Shown: positions 1 to 9,726, numbered from the stretch's first letter. The stretch is 64,000 nucleotides of DNA from Elusimicrobiota bacterium (GCA_041661185.1 JBAZUV010000001.1:224721-288720); one strand, 5' to 3'. Made by a program: numbers and translations. Notes: generated from the letters alone by a model not told the origin.

Positions 1-1329
1 ATCGGCGGCGGGAGCGTCAACAGCGGCATGCTCTTTTTGACCTTGAAGCCCAAGGGGGAGCGCGTGCCGCTCAAGCCCGGAGGGCATAAGCCGAGCCAGC
101 AGGAATTCATGAATTACGTCCGCAAATCCATCAAGTCCACCGAAGGATTGGACCGTGTTTCCATACAGGATCCCTCGCAGTCCGGCTTCACGGCCAAGCG
201 CGGCTATCCCGTGGAGCTCAGCCTGCGCGGTCCGGACTGGGAGACGCTCAGCCGGCTGGACCAGGCTCTGATGAAGCGCATGAACGACTCAGGCAAGATG
301 GTGGACGTGGACACCGATTACCAGGCCGGCATGCCCGAGGTCCAAGTCCTGCCGGATCGGGAAAAGGCCGCGGCGCATGGGGTCAATATCGCGTCCATCG
401 GCGACGCCGTCAACGCCATGATCGGCGGAGTGCGCGTGGGCAAGTTCACCAAGAACGGCAAGCGCTACGACATACGCCTGCGCTTGGTGGACAAGAACCG
501 CAAGACTCCGGGCGACATCGGAAAGATCTGGGTGCGCAACAATCGCGGAGAGCTCGTTCGCCTCTCGGAAGTCATGAAGATCGTGGAGAAGCCCACCCTG
601 CTGTCCATCTCGCGGCGCAATCGGGAGCGCGCCATCGGCATCTTCGCCAACCCGGCGCCGGGAGTCTCCCAGGCCGAGGCCCTTGCGCAGGTCCAGCGCG
701 ATGCCAAGGAGCTCCTGCCGGAGGGCTACCGGATCGTGCTCTCGGGGAGTTCGCAGACCTTCAAGGACTCCACAGGCAGCCTGCTCATGGCGCTGGTCTT
801 CGGCATCTTCGTGGCGTACATGGTGCTCGCCTCGCAGTTCAACAGCTTCATCCACCCCGTGACCGTGCTCCTGGCCCTTCCCTTCAGCATCACGGGCGCC
901 TTCGTGGCCCTGCTCGTGGGGCGGCAGTCGCTCAACATCTACAGCATGATCGGGCTGATCCTGCTCATGGGCATCGTCAAGAAGAACTCCATCCTCCTGG
1001 TGGAATTCACCAACAACAGGCGCCGTACCAAGGGGATGGGGGTCCACGACGCCCTGCTGGAGGCCTGTCCCATACGCTTGCGGCCCATCCTGATGACCTC
1101 GTTTGCCACGGTCGCGGCCGCCATCCCGCCGGCGCTGGGCCTGGGTCCTGGGGCGGAGACGCGCGTTCCCATGGCCCTGGTGGTCATCGGAGGGGTGCTC
1201 TTCTCGACCTTTCTGACCCTGCTGGTCGTGCCCTGCGCCTACAGCCTGCTCTCTTCTCTGGAAAGCACCCGCCACAAGGCGGACCTCAAGAAGGCGCTCC
1301 AGGAGCTGGGAGAGCTTCCTCTTGATTGA
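1..1329 (+). CDS. RND efflux transporter permease (AcrB/CzcA family), C-terminal part; 5' end lies outside the window
   Basis: Open frame from nt 1. The translation has the transmembrane and periplasmic-loop pattern of the C-terminal half of RND pumps (LMALVFGIFVAYMVLASQFNSF, ILLVEFTN). Confidence 0.85.
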   Translation: MGGGSVNSGMLFLTLKPKGERVPLKPGGHKPSQQEFMNYVRKSIKSTEGLDRVSIQDPSQSGFTAKRGYPVELSLRGPDWETLSRLDQALMKRMNDSGKMVDVDTDYQAGMPEVQVLPDREKAAAHGVNIASIGDAVNAMIGGVRVGKFTKNGKRYDIRLRLVDKNRKTPGDIGKIWVRNNRGELVRLSEVMKIVEKPTLLSISRRNRERAIGIFANPAPGVSQAEALAQVQRDAKELLPEGYRIVLSGSSQTFKDSTGSLLMALVFGIFVAYMVLASQFNSFIHPVTVLLALPFSITGAFVALLVGRQSLNIYSMIGLILLMGIVKKNSILLVEFTNNRRRTKGMGVHDALLEACPIRLRPILMTSFATVAAAIPPALGLGPGAETRVPMALVVIGGVLFSTFLTLLVVPCAYSLLSSLESTRHKADLKKALQELGELPLD

Positions 1330-1402
1330 AGGCAGTCTTGCGCGGCGCGCCGGTTTGCCAGTTCCCGGCATTTTCAGGGCGCGGAAATCTCCCATAGAGA
1401 CA

Positions 1403-1422
1403 TGCGTAGAATTCCGTATAGC
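1403..1422 (+). promoter_or_regulatory. recurrent motif tGCGTAtAATTCCGtATAG (direct repeats CGTATA-N5-CGTATA), instance a, upstream of bfr
   Basis: Five instances on the + strand upstream of + strand genes: 1403-1422, 12782-12801, 24752-24771, 24997-25016, 25851-25870. Confidence 0.5.
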
Positions 1423-1470
1423 GACCCAAGGCGCAGGAAGTATAATGTAAGACGTTGACTGGAGGGACAA

Positions 1471-1941
1471 ATGAAAGGTGATGCGAAACTGATCGGTACG
1501 CTCAATTCTCTTCTGGCCGACGAACTCACGGCCATCAGCCAGTATATGGTCCATGCCGAGATGTGCGAGAACTGGGGCTACGGCAAGCTCCATGATCATT
1601 TCAGGAAGCGCTCCATCGACGAGATGAAGCATGCCGAGCGGCTCATCGCGCGCATCCTCTTCCTGGAGGGGACTCCCGTCGTCAGCGAGCTTCGCGCGAT
1701 GAAGATCGGCGCAGAGGTCCCGCAGATGTTCGGCGGCGACCATTTTCTGGAGTTGGGCGCCATCAAGGCCTACAACGCCGCCATCGCCCAGGCCGTCGCG
1801 GCCAAGGACAACGCCACGCGGGAGATGCTCGAGGATATCCTCAAGGATGAGGACCGCCACATCGACCACATCGAGGAGCGCCGGGACCAGATATCGCAGA
1901 TGGGCATCCAGAATTTCCTCAGCGAGCAGACCAAGGATTAA
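1471..1941 (+). CDS. bfr: bacterioferritin
   Basis: 156 aa. MKGDAKLIGTLNSLLADELTAISQYMVHAEMCENWGY matches the bacterioferritin ferroxidase-site pattern. A -10-like TATAAT lies about 25 nt upstream. Confidence 0.9.
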   Translation: MKGDAKLIGTLNSLLADELTAISQYMVHAEMCENWGYGKLHDHFRKRSIDEMKHAERLIARILFLEGTPVVSELRAMKIGAEVPQMFGGDHFLELGAIKAYNAAIAQAVAAKDNATREMLEDILKDEDRHIDHIEERRDQISQMGIQNFLSEQTKD

Positions 1942-2047
1942 CCTGAGGTAGGGGATCGTCGAATTTGTTAAAATAGGACGTCGGCCGAGGGCGTTCGCAT
2001 CCAGCAGGCCGCTGAGAAGTTCCTCGTGAGCAAGCCTTCTGCTCTTC

Positions 2048-3166
2048 GTGGTGGTGCCAGGTGTCATTTTTGGCGCCATGATCCAAATAGCAGGAGGAGT
2101 ATTGAGTCCGTCTCGCATCACAGAGATGAAGCCTGAACTGTCTATGGATGAACCTGCCGCTTTTTGCGGACTCCTCTCCTGTGCCCTGGAACGCCGCGCC
2201 GATCTGCTGAGCCGGCTGCATGCTGAAGAGACCGACGCCTATCGGCTCTTCCACGGCACCGCGGAAGGACGGCCGGGCCTGACCGTGGACCGCTACGGCG
2301 GCTTGCTGCTGGTGCAGAGCTTCCATTCCCCTTTGCCGCAGCCGGAACTCGCGGCGCTGGAAGCCTTCTATGCCGGGGTCTTTCCGGGCCTGAGCGTCGT
2401 CTACAACGACCGCAGCCGGCCCAATTCCCGCATCCTCAACGAGCTTTCGCCCGAGTCCGTGGCCGCTGCCGTTGAGCCGCGCCAGGCGCGGGAGCTGGGC
2501 GTGCGCTACCGCATCCAGGGGCGGCACGCGGGCCAGGATCCGTGGCTCTTCCTCGACCTGCGCGCCGCGCGCCGCCGCGTGATGCAGGAAGCGGCGGGCA
2601 AATCCCTGCTCAACGTGTTCGCCTATACCTGCGGGGTGGGCATCGCCGCGGCCAAGGCCGGCGCGAGTTCCGTGATGAACGTGGATTTCTCGCGCACCTG
2701 GCTCGACGTGGGCGAGGAGAACGCGCGGCTCAATGAACTGTCCTCTCCGGTGAGCTTCGTTCACTGCGACGCGTTCGCGGCATTGCGCCAGCTTTCCGGA
2801 CTGGGTCAGCCGCGCTTCGTGCGCCGCAAGCGGCTGCCGGACTTTCCTGAGCTTGGAAAGCGGCAGTTCGACCGGGTGTTCTTGGATCCGCCCCGCTATG
2901 CGAAGAGTCCCTTCGGCGTGGTGGACGTCGTTAATGACTATGCGGCGATGTTCAAGCCTGCCTGGCTCTGCACGGCCGAGGGCGGAACGCTCATCTGCTG
3001 CAACAATGCGGCGCAGGCCGAGCGGGAGACGTGGCTGGACCAGCTGGAGCGCAGCGCCCGCAAAGCCGGCCGCCCGATCCGCGAGGCGGAATGGATCTCG
3101 CCGGAAAGCGACTTTCCAAGCATCGACGGACGGCCGCCCTTGAAGATCGTTCTTTTAAGGCCGTAA
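2048..3166 (+). CDS. class I SAM-dependent rRNA methyltransferase (RlmI/YccW-like)
   Basis: Motifs LFHGTAEGRPGLTVDRYGGLLLVQSF and LDPPRYAKS (SAM methyltransferase motif IV-like). The start is uncertain; M at 2123 is possible. No N-terminal PUA domain is evident. Confidence 0.7.
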   Translation: MVVPGVIFGAMIQIAGGVLSPSRITEMKPELSMDEPAAFCGLLSCALERRADLLSRLHAEETDAYRLFHGTAEGRPGLTVDRYGGLLLVQSFHSPLPQPELAALEAFYAGVFPGLSVVYNDRSRPNSRILNELSPESVAAAVEPRQARELGVRYRIQGRHAGQDPWLFLDLRAARRRVMQEAAGKSLLNVFAYTCGVGIAAAKAGASSVMNVDFSRTWLDVGEENARLNELSSPVSFVHCDAFAALRQLSGLGQPRFVRRKRLPDFPELGKRQFDRVFLDPPRYAKSPFGVVDVVNDYAAMFKPAWLCTAEGGTLICCNNAAQAERETWLDQLERSARKAGRPIREAEWISPESDFPSIDGRPPLKIVLLRP

Positions 3167-3190
3167 CAGACGATAAACGGAGGACGCACC

Positions 3191-4579
3191 ATGGGCTTCT
3201 CTTCTTTCAACTTCGATCCTAAGATCACCGCGGGCATACACGCGCTCGGCTACACGAAGCCGACGCCCATACAGGCGCAGGCCATCGGGCCCGTCATGCA
3301 GGGCCGCGATGTGATGGGTTTGGCCCAGACCGGCACCGGCAAGACCGCGGCTTTCGCCCTGCCCATACTCCAGCGCCTGCTCAAGGGCCCCCGCAGCGTC
3401 ACGCGCGCCCTGATCCTGGCGCCCACGCGCGAGCTGGCCGACCAGATCCAAGAGGCCTTCCGCGGCCTGGGCCGCCAGACCGGGCTGCGCAGCCTGACGG
3501 TCTACGGCGGGGTGGGCTTCGGGCCGCAGGTCAGCGGCCTCAGGAACGGCATGGAGATCGTGGTGGCCTGTCCGGGCCGCCTGCTCGTCCATCTTCAGAA
3601 CGGCATCTTCAAGCCCGCGCATGTGGAGGTCCTCGTCATCGACGAGGTCGACCGCCTCTTCGACATGGGCTTCATGCCGGATATCCGAAAAATACTCAAG
3701 CGCCTTCCGCCGCATCGGCAGACCTTGCTCTTCTCGGCCACGATGCCCGAGGATATCCGCAAGCTCTCGCACGAGGTCCTGCGCCAGCCGGTCACCGTGC
3801 AGGTCGATCACGCCGTTCCGCTGGCCACCGTGTCCCATGCCCTCTACCCCGTGGCCGAGCACTTGAAGACCGCCCTGCTCTCCAAGCTCCTGGCGCAGGA
3901 CGGCAAGTCCTCCGTTCTGATCTTCACGCGCACCAAGCACCGCGCCAAGCGCCTCTTCGAGCGCCTGCAGGAGCAGGGTTTGGCCGCGACGTGCCTTCAG
4001 GGGAATCTCTCTCAGAGCCGGCGCAAGTCCTCGCTCGACGGATTCCGGGAGGGCCGCTACAACATCATGGTCGCGACCGACATCGCCTCGCGCGGCATCG
4101 ACATCTCGCAGATCACGCATGTGATCAATTTCGACGTGCCGGATACGACCGAGGCCTACACCCACCGCATCGGCCGCACGGGCCGCGCCGCCAAGACCGG
4201 GGATGCCTTCACGTTCGTCACGCCGCAGGACGAGGGCATGGTGCGCGACATCGAGCGCGTCATGCGCAAGAAGCTCGAACGCCGCCAGCTCAAGGATTTC
4301 GATTATTCGGCCAAGCAGTCCGCCGCGCCCGCGCACGCGTCCCATGCGCCGCATCATCAGGGTCATGGGCATGCGCCCCATCATGCTCATCATGGAGGGC
4401 ATGCAGCCGGCCATCCGCACCCCAAGGCTTCCCACGCCGGGCACCACGCCCGACCGGCGCACTCTTCGGGAGCGTCAGGACAGCCTGGACAGTCTGAGCA
4501 GGGGAAGAAGCCCGCGGGAGGCTTCCACGGTTACGGACGCTTCAGTCGATTCCATTCCCGCGCGCGCCGCCCCCGCTGA
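3191..4579 (+). CDS. DEAD-box ATP-dependent RNA helicase with His-rich low-complexity C-terminal tail
   Basis: Q-motif and motif I (TPIQAQAIGPVMQGRDVMGLAQTGTGKTAAF), DEVD, SAT and HRIGRTGR motifs are present. The tail is rich in H, G, A and P. Confidence 0.9.
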   Translation: MGFSSFNFDPKITAGIHALGYTKPTPIQAQAIGPVMQGRDVMGLAQTGTGKTAAFALPILQRLLKGPRSVTRALILAPTRELADQIQEAFRGLGRQTGLRSLTVYGGVGFGPQVSGLRNGMEIVVACPGRLLVHLQNGIFKPAHVEVLVIDEVDRLFDMGFMPDIRKILKRLPPHRQTLLFSATMPEDIRKLSHEVLRQPVTVQVDHAVPLATVSHALYPVAEHLKTALLSKLLAQDGKSSVLIFTRTKHRAKRLFERLQEQGLAATCLQGNLSQSRRKSSLDGFREGRYNIMVATDIASRGIDISQITHVINFDVPDTTEAYTHRIGRTGRAAKTGDAFTFVTPQDEGMVRDIERVMRKKLERRQLKDFDYSAKQSAAPAHASHAPHHQGHGHAPHHAHHGGHAAGHPHPKASHAGHHARPAHSSGASGQPGQSEQGKKPAGGFHGYGRFSRFHSRARRPR

Positions 4580-4835
4580 AGCGGGGAGAGGCGGCTGATT
4601 CGTCGGAGCCGTTTGCCTGTCTGAGCGAGAGGCGCACGAAGGTCTTGCTGGCGCCTGTTTCACCCGCGACCTTGTCGATCAGTTCCGCCTGGCTCAGGCC
4701 CCGGCCGATGGAGCGGCCGTAATGGTTGTGGGCGCGCCAGCGCTGGATGCTCGCCCGGAGGATCTTTTGATTCTCCCGGTTCTGCGTGAAGGCTCCGGAG
4801 GGCTCATGGGCTTCGACGTTTTTTTGGGTTGCCAT
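4542..4835 (-). CDS. hypothetical small protein with an HU/IHF-like helix (LSQAELIDKVAGETGASKTF)
   Basis: ATG sits 4 nt after the stop of the upstream small ORF, suggesting translational coupling. The 3' end overlaps the convergent helicase by about 38 nt. Weak call. Confidence 0.3.
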   Translation of the reverse strand: MATQKNVEAHEPSGAFTQNRENQKILRASIQRWRAHNHYGRSIGRGLSQAELIDKVAGETGASKTFVRLSLRQANGSDESAASPRFSGGGARGNGID

Positions 4836-4839
4836 GGGT

Positions 4840-5127
4840 TTATCCCCGCCGCTGCTTCTTCTTCGAGGGAGGGCGGCTGATCGGGCGGCGCGAGGCGTCC
4901 GAGCTGCACGCGCTCTTGCTCCCGAAACGGAAGATGGTGACCTGCTTCTTGTGCTGCAGCTGGGCGTAGAGCTCGTAGAGGAGATTTCCAAGGTCCTCCC
5001 ATCGCCGCAGCTCCGGCTCGGAGGATGTCGCGCAGAGGCGGTGGATGAGCCGGATCTGGTCTTGGATGTCCGGCAGACCCACGACGATTTTCGGATGCGG
5101 ACCTCGGGAAGCGTTCGTGCCGGCCAT
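4840..5127 (-). CDS. hypothetical small basic protein
   Basis: 95-aa ORF from an internal ATG, with GGAG seven nt upstream. Basic tail SKKKQRRG. No recognisable domain. Confidence 0.4.
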   Translation of the reverse strand: MAGTNASRGPHPKIVVGLPDIQDQIRLIHRLCATSSEPELRRWEDLGNLLYELYAQLQHKKQVTIFRFGSKSACSSDASRRPISRPPSKKKQRRG

Positions 5128-5308
5128 GTCTATCTCCTTGCGGCCGGCAGTCCGTGAAAAAAGCCTATCGGGGACTGCCGGGAAGGCGCCGCGCTGCATT
5201 CGATGGCGTCGGATTCAGTATAACAGTTATAAGGCGCCGGGCACCGTTGTCAGACGGGGTTGCATTTCGAATTCGAAAACGGCACACTGAAACACAGGAG
5301 AAAACAGC

Positions 5309-6370
5309 ATGCACATGGCGGATGCCCTGATCTCCCCGGCGGTCGGGGGGGCGATGTGGGCGGTTTCGGGCGGGCTCATCGGCTACGGCGCTAAAAAAGT
5401 GCGGGAAGAGGCCGATGATCGGAAGATCCCGCTGATGGGCGTGCTGGGCGCGTTCATCTTCGCCGCGCAGATGATCAATTTCTCCATCCCCGGCACCGGG
5501 TCGAGCGGGCATCTCGGCGGAGGGATGATCCTTTCCATCCTGCTCGGGCCGCATGCGGCGTTCCTCGTCATGGCCTCCGTGCTCACGGTGCAGGCCTTGT
5601 TCTTCGCGGACGGGGGGCTGCTGGCGCTGGGCTGCAACATCTTCAATATGGGCTTCTTCACCTGCTTCATCGCCTATCCGCTGATCTATCGGAAGCTGGT
5701 CTGCGGCAGTCTCGATAAGAAGCGGGTGCTGCTGGGCGCCGTCCTGGCCGGCATCGTCGGCCTGCAGTTGGGGGCTTTCAGCGTGGTGCTGGAGACGGTG
5801 TTCTCCGGCGTTTCCGAACTGCCTTTCAAGACCTTCGTCTTCTTGATGCAGCCGATACACTTGGCCATAGGACTTGTGGAGGGGCTGGTCACCGCGGGGG
5901 TGGTATCCTTTGCGACGGCCGCCCGTCCGGAGATCCTGACCGCCGCCGCGGAGCGGACTCCGCTGGGCGGCAGCGTTAAAAAGGCCGCGCTGGGCATTGC
6001 CGGGGCGGCGATCCTCATTGGGACAGGGCTGAGCTGGTTCGCTTCGGCGGACCCGGACGGCCTCGAATGGGCCATGCTCAGGACCTCCGGCCAGGAGGCG
6101 CTTGAAAGCCGCGGTAAACTCCGCGGCGTTCTGGCTTCCTGGCAGGAGAAGACCGCCTTTCTGCCGGATTACAGTTTTAAAAAAGATGTCTCTGCGGCAG
6201 AGGCTGTTCTTGCCGGGAAAGCCGCGGCCGAGCCGGGCGCCGGGGGGAAGTCCGCTTGGCCCGCGGTCGATTCCGGAACCTCCGCGGCCGGGCTTGTGGG
6301 CGGCGTGATGACGCTGCTGCTGGCCGCGCTCATCGGGATCGCTTTGAAAAAACGGAACGCCGCCGCATGA
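5309..6370 (+). CDS. cbiM: ECF transporter substrate-specific component CbiM fused to a C-terminal PDGLE (CbiN-like) domain
   Basis: N-terminal MH. CbiM-like transmembrane core, then C-terminal ADPDGLEWAM. Followed by the CbiQ and CbiO genes. Confidence 0.85.
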   Translation: MHMADALISPAVGGAMWAVSGGLIGYGAKKVREEADDRKIPLMGVLGAFIFAAQMINFSIPGTGSSGHLGGGMILSILLGPHAAFLVMASVLTVQALFFADGGLLALGCNIFNMGFFTCFIAYPLIYRKLVCGSLDKKRVLLGAVLAGIVGLQLGAFSVVLETVFSGVSELPFKTFVFLMQPIHLAIGLVEGLVTAGVVSFATAARPEILTAAAERTPLGGSVKKAALGIAGAAILIGTGLSWFASADPDGLEWAMLRTSGQEALESRGKLRGVLASWQEKTAFLPDYSFKKDVSAAEAVLAGKAAAEPGAGGKSAWPAVDSGTSAAGLVGGVMTLLLAALIGIALKKRNAAA

Positions 6371-6374
6371 GCGC

Positions 6375-7187
6375 ATGAACAAGCTCGGGAAAAACCTCGT
6401 GGATATCGGCTACATGGACACTCTGTCCGCGGGCCGGAGCTTCCTGCACAAGCTCGATGCGCGCGCCAAGCTTTTGACGACCGTGCTTTTCATGGCGGCC
6501 GTGGTTTCCCTGGATAAATACCAGGTTTCCGCGATGATCCCGTTCTCCTTGTATCCGATATTCTTGATCGGCGCCGGGAACCTGCCTGCAGGATATATAC
6601 TCAGGAAGACGGCGGTGGTGGCGCCCTTCGCTGTTTTTGTGGGGATGTTCAATCCGCTTTTAGACCGGCAGATATTGTTCCACCTCGGCTCATTCGGAGT
6701 CTCGGGGGGCTGGGTTTCTTTCCTGTCCATACTGATCCGCTTCTCGCTGACGGTTTCCGCCGCCCTGGCGCTGCTTTGCGTCACGGGCATCAACGCCCTT
6801 TGCGAGGCGCTGGTGAGGGCGGGCGTTCCCAAGCCGTTCGCGGTCCAGCTGTTGTTCCTGAACCGATACCTGTTCGTGCTCACGGGAGAAGCCGAGCGCA
6901 TGACCCGAGCCCGCCGGCTGCGCTCCTGCGACCGGGGAGCGACGGCTCCGCGCGCATTCATCCAGATCGTCGGGCACCTGCTCCTGCGCACCATGGACCG
7001 CGCCGAGCGCGTTTACCGGGCCATGCTCTGCCGCGGCTTCGACGGGCATGTGCGCGTCGTCCGGTTTTCAAGGATCGGCCGCGCTGAGCTGGCGTTCATC
7101 CTCGGCTGGGCGGCCTTGTTCGCGGTCTTCAGATCCGTAAATCTCCCGGTCATCCTGGGACAAGCGGTCGCGGGAGCATGGAAATGA
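6375..7187 (+). CDS. cbiQ: ECF transporter transmembrane (T) component CbiQ
   Basis: 270-aa polytopic membrane protein between cbiM and cbiO. It has the conserved C-terminal R-rich motif of T components. Confidence 0.85.
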   Translation: MNKLGKNLVDIGYMDTLSAGRSFLHKLDARAKLLTTVLFMAAVVSLDKYQVSAMIPFSLYPIFLIGAGNLPAGYILRKTAVVAPFAVFVGMFNPLLDRQILFHLGSFGVSGGWVSFLSILIRFSLTVSAALALLCVTGINALCEALVRAGVPKPFAVQLLFLNRYLFVLTGEAERMTRARRLRSCDRGATAPRAFIQIVGHLLLRTMDRAERVYRAMLCRGFDGHVRVVRFSRIGRAELAFILGWAALFAVFRSVNLPVILGQAVAGAWK

Positions 7188-7915
7188 GCCACCACATCAT
7201 CGAAGCCGATGCGATACGATACTCTTACCCCGACGGCACGGCCGCGCTCGGCGGCGTCTCATTTAGGATAAGCCACGGGGAATCCGTCGCGCTGGTGGGG
7301 GAGAACGGGGCGGGAAAATCCACCTTGCTGCAGCATTTCACCGGCTGCCTTTTTCCTGAGTCCGGGAGCCTGAGCATCGGCGGGGTCCCTGTGTCGAAGC
7401 AGAACCTCTTGGCCGTGCGCCGGGCCGTGGGCATGGTCTTCCAGAATCCCGACGACCAGCTCTTCATGCCCACGGTCTTCGAGGACGTGGCCTTCGGCCT
7501 GCTGAACCTGGGCGTGCCCGAGGCGGAGCTGGAAGGGAAGGTCATGGCTGCGCTGGAAACGGTCGGCGCGCCGCATCTGCGGGCTCGGCCGCCCTACAGG
7601 CTTTCGCAGGGGGAGAAAAGGGCCGTTTCGATCGCCGGGGTCCTGGCCATGTCTCCGGATATCCTCGTCATGGACGAGCCGACCTCGAACCTGGATCCCC
7701 TCTCGCGCAGGCGCCTCATCGGCCTCCTGAGGACCTTTCAGCACACCAAGATCATCGCCACGCACGACTTGGATTTCGCCCTGGAGCTGTGCGAAAGGAC
7801 GCTCGTCATCCACAAAGGGAGCATCACCGCCGACGGCCCGACCCGGGAGATATTCCGCGACGAGCAGCTGCTCATGCGCAGCAGTCTGGAAAAGCCGTTG
7901 TCGCTCGGCTCCTGA
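7178..7915 (+). CDS. cbiO: ECF transporter ATPase CbiO
   Basis: Walker A GENGAGKST, ABC signature LSQGEKRAVSIAG, Walker B ILVMDEPTS. Overlaps cbiQ. Confidence 0.9.
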   Translation: MEMSHHIIEADAIRYSYPDGTAALGGVSFRISHGESVALVGENGAGKSTLLQHFTGCLFPESGSLSIGGVPVSKQNLLAVRRAVGMVFQNPDDQLFMPTVFEDVAFGLLNLGVPEAELEGKVMAALETVGAPHLRARPPYRLSQGEKRAVSIAGVLAMSPDILVMDEPTSNLDPLSRRRLIGLLRTFQHTKIIATHDLDFALELCERTLVIHKGSITADGPTREIFRDEQLLMRSSLEKPLSLGS

Positions 7916-7957
7916 GCGCGGAGTACGGCGCCATCATAAAATTGGCATAATCAGGGA

Positions 7958-8638
7958 ATGGCTGGAGAGAAGATCCTTATCGTCGAAGATGAGAAGCCCC
8001 TCGTCAAAGTCCTCAAATACAATCTCGAGAAGGAAGGCTATCGCGTTGCCGCGGCTTTCGACGGAGAGGCCGGGCTGCTGATGTGGCGTCAGGAGCGGCC
8101 GGATCTCATCATCCTCGACCTCATGCTCCCCAAAGTTGACGGCTTTGATTTCTGCAAGACGCTCCGCCGGGATTGCCAGACTCCCATATTGATGCTGACC
8201 GCCAGGAAAGAAGAAGTCGACCGCGTCTTGGGCTTGGAACTCGGGGCCGACGACTATGTCACCAAGCCTTTCAGCGTGAGGGAGGTCCTGGCGCGCATCA
8301 AGGCCATCCTCAAGCGCGCCTCAGGGAAGTCTTCTCCCGGCATCGTCCGCGCGGGCGCGCTCGAGGCGGACCTGGAACGCTATGAGACGCGGGTCAACGG
8401 CAAGCCGGTTTCCTTGAGCCCCAGGGAGTTCATGTTCTTGCGATGCCTCTTCGAGGCCGATGGGAAGGCTTTGTCTCGGGACCAGCTTCTGGAGAAGGTC
8501 TGGGGCTGCGACAAGTCCATGGACATCGACACGCGCACCATCGATCAGCATGTCGCGCGCATGCGGGAGAAGCTGGGGCCGGAAAGCAAGAGGATCGTCA
8601 CGGTCAAGGGCGTGGGCTACCGGATCAAGCTGGATTGA
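7958..8638 (+). CDS. OmpR/PhoB-family response regulator
   Basis: Receiver domain (ILIVEDE, DLIILDLMLP, K at KPF) plus a winged-helix C-terminal domain. Confidence 0.9.
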   Translation: MAGEKILIVEDEKPLVKVLKYNLEKEGYRVAAAFDGEAGLLMWRQERPDLIILDLMLPKVDGFDFCKTLRRDCQTPILMLTARKEEVDRVLGLELGADDYVTKPFSVREVLARIKAILKRASGKSSPGIVRAGALEADLERYETRVNGKPVSLSPREFMFLRCLFEADGKALSRDQLLEKVWGCDKSMDIDTRTIDQHVARMREKLGPESKRIVTVKGVGYRIKLD

Positions 8639-9570
8639 TGCATAGATACTGCTTCATCGAGGTCCTGCTGGGAGCTGCGGCGAGCGCGGTCCTGGCGTTC
8701 TTCTGGCTTCGCCGTTCCATGAGCCGCCCCATCGCCGAGATCGCGGCTGCCGCGGAAAGACTGGCGCGAGGAGAGCATGACGCCCGGGTGAGGCTGCCGC
8801 CGACCACGCGGTTGGGCCGCTTGGGCGCGACCCTGAACCTCTTGGCCGAACGATTCCAGCACGATATCAGCGAGCTGCACCGGCTCGAGCATGTGCGCAA
8901 GGAGTTCGTGGCCAATGTCTCGCACGAACTGCGCACTCCGCTGGCCACGATCAAGGCTTATGCCGAGACCCTTCGCGAGGGCGCCCTGGAAGATGCGGAG
9001 AACCGCCTGGAGTTCATTTCGGAGATCGAAAAGAACGCGGAGCGCATGACAAGGCTCGTAGACGACCTTCTCACCATTTCGGCCCTGGAGTCGGGCAAGA
9101 TGCCTCCGGTCTTCGAGCCGGTGGACCTCATGGATATCGCGCGCGAAGTCGTCGTCGGGATGATGGCGTTGGCGCAGAAGAAGCAGGCCATCATCCGCCT
9201 GGAGACGTTTCAGGGCATTGCGCGGGTCCGGGCCGACAAGAACCAGCTCAAGCAGGTCTTGACCAATCTCATCGAAAACGCCGTCAAATACACCGGAGAG
9301 AAAGGGATCATCAGCGTCTCGGCTTCCATGCAGGAGGGCCGGCCCGCCGTCTCGGTCCGGGACAACGGCTGCGGCATCCCTGCGGAGTCCATTCCCCGCA
9401 TTTTCGAGCGCTTCTACCGCGTAGACAAGAACCGATCCCGCGAGTCCGGAGGCACCGGCTTGGGCCTGGCGATCGTCAAGCATATCGTCGAGGTCCACGG
9501 CGGCTCGGTGAGCGTCGAGAGCACGCTCGGCGAAGGCTCGGTCTTCCGCTTCACGCTCCCCGCCGCATGA
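8638..9570 (+). CDS. sensor histidine kinase (one TM + HAMP + HisKA + HATPase); no extracytoplasmic sensor domain
   Basis: ATG overlaps the response-regulator stop (TGATG). H-box HELRTPLATI and N/G boxes are present. Confidence 0.85.
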   Translation: MHRYCFIEVLLGAAASAVLAFFWLRRSMSRPIAEIAAAAERLARGEHDARVRLPPTTRLGRLGATLNLLAERFQHDISELHRLEHVRKEFVANVSHELRTPLATIKAYAETLREGALEDAENRLEFISEIEKNAERMTRLVDDLLTISALESGKMPPVFEPVDLMDIAREVVVGMMALAQKKQAIIRLETFQGIARVRADKNQLKQVLTNLIENAVKYTGEKGIISVSASMQEGRPAVSVRDNGCGIPAESIPRIFERFYRVDKNRSRESGGTGLGLAIVKHIVEVHGGSVSVESTLGEGSVFRFTLPAA

Positions 9571-9652
9571 ATCGTCCCCCCGGCGAAAGCCGGGGCCCAG
9601 GAATTGCTGGATCCCGGCTTCCGCCGGGATGACGGACATCCCGTTTCCCGGG

Positions 9653-9670
9653 CTGTCACGCCGTTGTCAC
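9653..9670 (+). promoter_or_regulatory. Pho-box-like direct repeat CTGTCAC-GCCG-TTGTCAC upstream of the DUF47-pit operon
   Basis: Two 7-bp repeats with 11-bp periodicity. Consensus Pho box is CTGTCAT-N4-CTGTCAT. Adjacent to the phoB/phoR-like genes. Confidence 0.5.
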
Positions 9671-9726
9671 ATACCTTTTACTTCGTCGCTATCGGATGCG
9701 CGCGGCTTTGCGCGTATCATCTTCGC

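Noticed and set aside
289-2121. 610-aa minus-strand ORF spanning the RND, bfr and methyltransferase region
   Set aside because: Antisense to three well-supported + strand genes. Composition is not protein-like. It is a GC-driven shadow ORF.
5160-5308. Cobalamin riboswitch upstream of cbiM
   Set aside because: No B12-box-like sequence or characteristic conserved blocks were seen. Only noted as an unexplained leader.
8443-8637. Upstream extension of the histidine kinase ORF (375 aa version)
   Set aside because: It would overlap the response regulator by about 200 nt in another frame. The ATG at 8638, overlapping the regulator's stop, gives the standard coupled arrangement.
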